Assembly: GCA_013041925.1 (NCBI GenBank) | Contig: JABDRB010000033.1 | Coordinates: 38,148 to 62,147, forward strand | DNA: 24,000 nt | Direction: 5' to 3' | From: Akkermansiaceae bacterium | GTDB lineage: Bacteria; Verrucomicrobiota; Verrucomicrobiia; Verrucomicrobiales; Akkermansiaceae | In this document: piece by piece, positions 21,521 through 24,000 of the stretch | Position numbering within the stretch: the stretch's first letter is position 1 | Layout of the letters: each line of letters begins with the position of its first letter | Made by a program: the position numbers and the translations under genes | The notes under the pieces: model-generated | Database searches by the model: none | What the model saw: the letters and a program-made list of their open reading frames with translations, nothing else | Told to the model about the DNA's origin: nothing

Positions 21521-23101
21521 ATGAGATTGATACCATCGATTCGCCCCGCCTTGCTTGCCTTTCTTGCTGCTATTGTCCCGCTTGCGACTGCGGCGGATAA
21601 GCCGAATATTTTATTTTTGTTTTCAGATGATCATGCGCTCAATGCGATATCGGCCTATGGTAGCGCGTTGGCGAAAGTGGCGCCGACGCCGCACATTGAC
21701 CGTCTTGCCGATGAGGGGGCGATCTTTGAGAACTCGTTTTGTGCCAACTCGATTTGTGGTCCGTCGCGTGCTTGTATCTTGACGGGGAAGCATAGCCATA
21801 AGAATGGTTTCATGCGGAATACGGGTAAGGGCTTGGACCAGAGTCAGTGGACACTTTCCAAGACCTTGCAGAAGTCGGGGTATGCGACGGCGGTGATTGG
21901 GAAATGGCATTTGCATACCAAGCCGCGAGGATTTGACTATTGGGAGGTTCTTCCTGGCCAGGGGAAGTATTACAATCCCGATTTCATCCAGATGGATGGT
22001 GAGAAGAAACAATTTACGGGTTATGTTACGGACATCACCACGGACAAGGCGATTGCTTGGTTGGACCGTCGCGACAAGACCAAGCCTTTTTTCCTGATGT
22101 GTCAGCACAAGGCGCCGCACCGAACGTTTTCCCCTGCGCTGCGTCATCTGAAGGCGTTTGAGGGAGTGGAGATCCCAGAGCCGGCGAGCTTGTTTGATGA
22201 CTACGCATCGCGGAGCCAATGGCTACCTAAGAATGAGATGGAGATTGATCGGCACTTTAACTGGGCCTATGATTTAAAGCTGAGGGAAGACGAGCGTGCT
22301 GGCATCAAGCTGCCAGGCCTGGACCTCTATGGCGCGCCTGAGTATGATCGGATGAATGCGGCACAACGCAAGCAATGGGTGGCGCACTTTGGCCCGAAGA
22401 ATCAGGCGTTTTTAAAGGATTTTAAGGCGGGGAAACTCAGCAACAAGGACATGGTGCGCTGGAAATTCCAGCGGTATATGCGCAATTACCTCGCGACGGT
22501 AAAATCCGTTGATGAAAGTGTCGGGCGTATGTTGAAATACCTTGATGATCAGGGACTGGCAGAAAACACGCTGGTGATTTACTCCTCGGATCAGGGGTTT
22601 TTCCTCGGTGAGCACGGCTGGTATGATAAACGCTGGATGTTTGAAGAATCCTTCAAGATGCCGTTCTTGATCCGCTGGCCAGGGCAGATAAAGCCAGGTT
22701 CGCGGCCTGAGGCATTGATTCAGAATATCGATTATGCACCGACATTGCTTGAGGCGGCCGGCATGCCAGTGCCGGAGGAGATCCAAGGGAAGTCGATTGT
22801 TCCCGTGCTCAAGGACAGCACGCGGTCGGTTAGGGATTCGCTGTATTATGCCTACTATGAGCTTGGTGAGCACAACGTGCCCCAGCATTACGGTGTCAGG
22901 ACGCGGACGCACAAGCTGTTTTACATCCCATCGACGCAGGAGTGGCAGATGTTTGATCTTGTCAAGGACCCCAGTGAGATGGTGAATGTTTACGGACATC
23001 CGGAGTATGCCTTGATGAAAAAGGAGCTGACGGCGGAGTATAAGCGACTGCGTAAGGAGTTCGATGCTCCGAGCTATGAAGAGCACGCGCCGAAGCAATA
23101 A
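21521..23101 (+). CDS. Exported S1-family sulfatase, Cys-type (formylglycine-dependent)
   Basis: Signal peptide MRLIPSIRPALLAFLAAIVPLATA. Metal-binding block PNILFLFSDDH. FGly motif CGPSRACILTG (C-x-P-x-R). Also GKWHL, YSSDQGFFLGEHG and NIDYAPTLLEAAG. Confidence 0.92.
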   Translation: MRLIPSIRPALLAFLAAIVPLATAADKPNILFLFSDDHALNAISAYGSALAKVAPTPHIDRLADEGAIFENSFCANSICGPSRACILTGKHSHKNGFMRNTGKGLDQSQWTLSKTLQKSGYATAVIGKWHLHTKPRGFDYWEVLPGQGKYYNPDFIQMDGEKKQFTGYVTDITTDKAIAWLDRRDKTKPFFLMCQHKAPHRTFSPALRHLKAFEGVEIPEPASLFDDYASRSQWLPKNEMEIDRHFNWAYDLKLREDERAGIKLPGLDLYGAPEYDRMNAAQRKQWVAHFGPKNQAFLKDFKAGKLSNKDMVRWKFQRYMRNYLATVKSVDESVGRMLKYLDDQGLAENTLVIYSSDQGFFLGEHGWYDKRWMFEESFKMPFLIRWPGQIKPGSRPEALIQNIDYAPTLLEAAGMPVPEEIQGKSIVPVLKDSTRSVRDSLYYAYYELGEHNVPQHYGVRTRTHKLFYIPSTQEWQMFDLVKDPSEMVNVYGHPEYALMKKELTAEYKRLRKEFDAPSYEEHAPKQ

Positions 23102-23136
23102 AGGAATCAGGCAGGTCAACTTAAAGAAAGAAGGAT

Positions 23137-24000
23137 ATGACGGAACGCTACGAAATCATCAAACTCATCGCCAAGGACCCAGCGGGGGGAAGGTATCTTG
23201 CAGAGGATTCCATGCTTGGACGCAAGGTGGTGTTTCGGCATATCGATGCCGAGGGTGACGGGATGCAGCAGGAATCGTGGGCGAAAGAATTCTCGGTCTT
23301 TGCCGGTAAATTATGTGCGTTGCAGCATCCTAATCTATTTACGATTTATGATGTCGACGTTGACGAAGATGGGGTGTCCATGGTGACTCAGTTTATTGAT
23401 GAAAAATCGTTGTCAGACCATTTGAAGGAGGGGGCATTGCCTCAGATCTCGGTGTATCGCATGGCGAATGATTTACTGGAGGCACTGCATGCGGCTCACT
23501 CGTCTGGGGTGTTTCACGGGGCGTTGCATGCGGGATCGATTACACGGGTGCCTCGCGCGGCCGGAGGTCATCGTTATTTTATCGTAGATCTCGGCTTAAA
23601 CAAGCTGGCGACGATGGTGAAGGGCAAGGACGTCCAGATTGCTGATCCTGTCTTGCTGGCTCCCGAGCTGCATGATGGAACCAACGAGCCGGACGCGTTG
23701 GCGGACCTCTTTATGGTCGGGCAGCTGTGTTACACGGCACTGGCTGGCGGGCATCCGTTTGCGGGTGAATCGCCTGAGCAATGTGTAGCCTCCCATATGG
23801 CGGGTGAGTTGACGCCACTTAAAGACTTTGCTCCGGATGTGCAGGCTGATTTTGAGGCTTGGGTGATGCATCTGGCAAAGGGAGACCGAAGCCAGCGGCC
23901 CGCTTCCATGGAGGACGCGATGGCGGCCCTGCATGCCATTAAGATTCACGAGCCGTTGCCCGATGTGGCAGCGCAGGTCCAAGCGGTTACGCCAACCACG
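23137..24000 (+). CDS. Protein-kinase-like domain protein with degenerate catalytic motifs (putative pseudokinase); 3' end beyond the window
   Basis: Absent from the track because there is no stop in the window. My translation from the ATG at 23137 is MTERYEIIKLIAKDPAGGRYLAEDSMLGRKVVFRHI...LQHPNLFTIYDV...VFHGALHAGSITRV...FIVDLGLNKL...LLAPEL...DLFMVGQLCYTALAGGHPF. The Hanks-type kinase layout is clear, but VAIK Lys is Arg, HRDLKPxN is HGALHAGS, and the Gly loop is degenerate. The frame stays open for 288 codons to the window end. Confidence 0.7.
   Translation, partial: MTERYEIIKLIAKDPAGGRYLAEDSMLGRKVVFRHIDAEGDGMQQESWAKEFSVFAGKLCALQHPNLFTIYDVDVDEDGVSMVTQFIDEKSLSDHLKEGALPQISVYRMANDLLEALHAAHSSGVFHGALHAGSITRVPRAAGGHRYFIVDLGLNKLATMVKGKDVQIADPVLLAPELHDGTNEPDALADLFMVGQLCYTALAGGHPFAGESPEQCVASHMAGELTPLKDFAPDVQADFEAWVMHLAKGDRSQRPASMEDAMAALHAIKIHEPLPDVAAQVQAVTPTT

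Noticed and set aside
21623-23119. 198-aa and 235-aa minus-strand ORFs (21623..22219, 22412..23119)
   Set aside because: Both are antisense to the canonical sulfatase. Their composition is R- and L-rich, typical of reverse-frame translation.
23596-23982. 128-aa and 69-aa minus-strand ORFs
   Set aside because: They are antisense to the kinase-like ORF, which stays open for 288 codons with an ordered set of kinase subdomain motifs.
1-24000. CRISPR arrays, IS elements / terminal inverted repeats, tRNA or rRNA genes, riboswitches
   Set aside because: Reading both strands, I found no regularly spaced repeats, no transposase-like ORF and no second tRNA-like T-arm besides ssrA. I found no leader resembling a known riboswitch. 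Absence by eye is not proof, and a covariance-model scan would be needed.

Overview
The window looks like a chromosomal segment from a PVC-group bacterium, probably a marine Verrucomicrobiota-like organism. This is inferred from gene content only: many exported CAZymes, S1 sulfatase(s), a tandem DUF1080 protein, a GYF_2/DUF4190 protein and a Tat-signal glycosidase. I support 19 protein-coding genes, two of them truncated at the window edges and therefore missing from the ORF track, and one of them a sub-60-aa candidate. I also support one tmRNA (ssrA) with its terminator. Three blocks are visible. (1) 594-5547: cstA tightly followed by a GH78-like glycosidase and a SASA-type acetylesterase. 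(2) 5717-11936: a housekeeping/odd block with an orphan lipoprotein, bioB, a divergent FabF-like ketoacyl synthase, a leaderless YkuD domain, an LMW-PTP, a catalytically degenerate sulfatase-like protein and an orphan LutC-like protein. (3) 12127-19510: a same-strand, closely spaced run of GH2-like, Tat-exported GH63/GH37-like glycosidase, 2xDUF1080 and an exported FAD oxidoreductase. After block 3 come an SPFH protein, ssrA, a canonical Cys-type sulfatase and a pseudokinase-like gene. I saw no CRISPR array, IS element, integrase, tRNA or rRNA. The observations most worth follow-up are: the GH2/GH63-like/DUF1080x2/FAD-oxidoreductase run as a possible mixed hydrolytic plus oxidative (3-keto) glycan-cleavage module; the bioB-KAS-leaderless-YkuD operon as a possible non-canonical biotin-precursor route; the pseudo-sulfatase; an unannotated 47-codon CxxC...CxxC ORF upstream of the real sulfatase; and the pseudokinase next to the sulfatase. 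All functional calls rest on motif recognition by eye. No database search was run.
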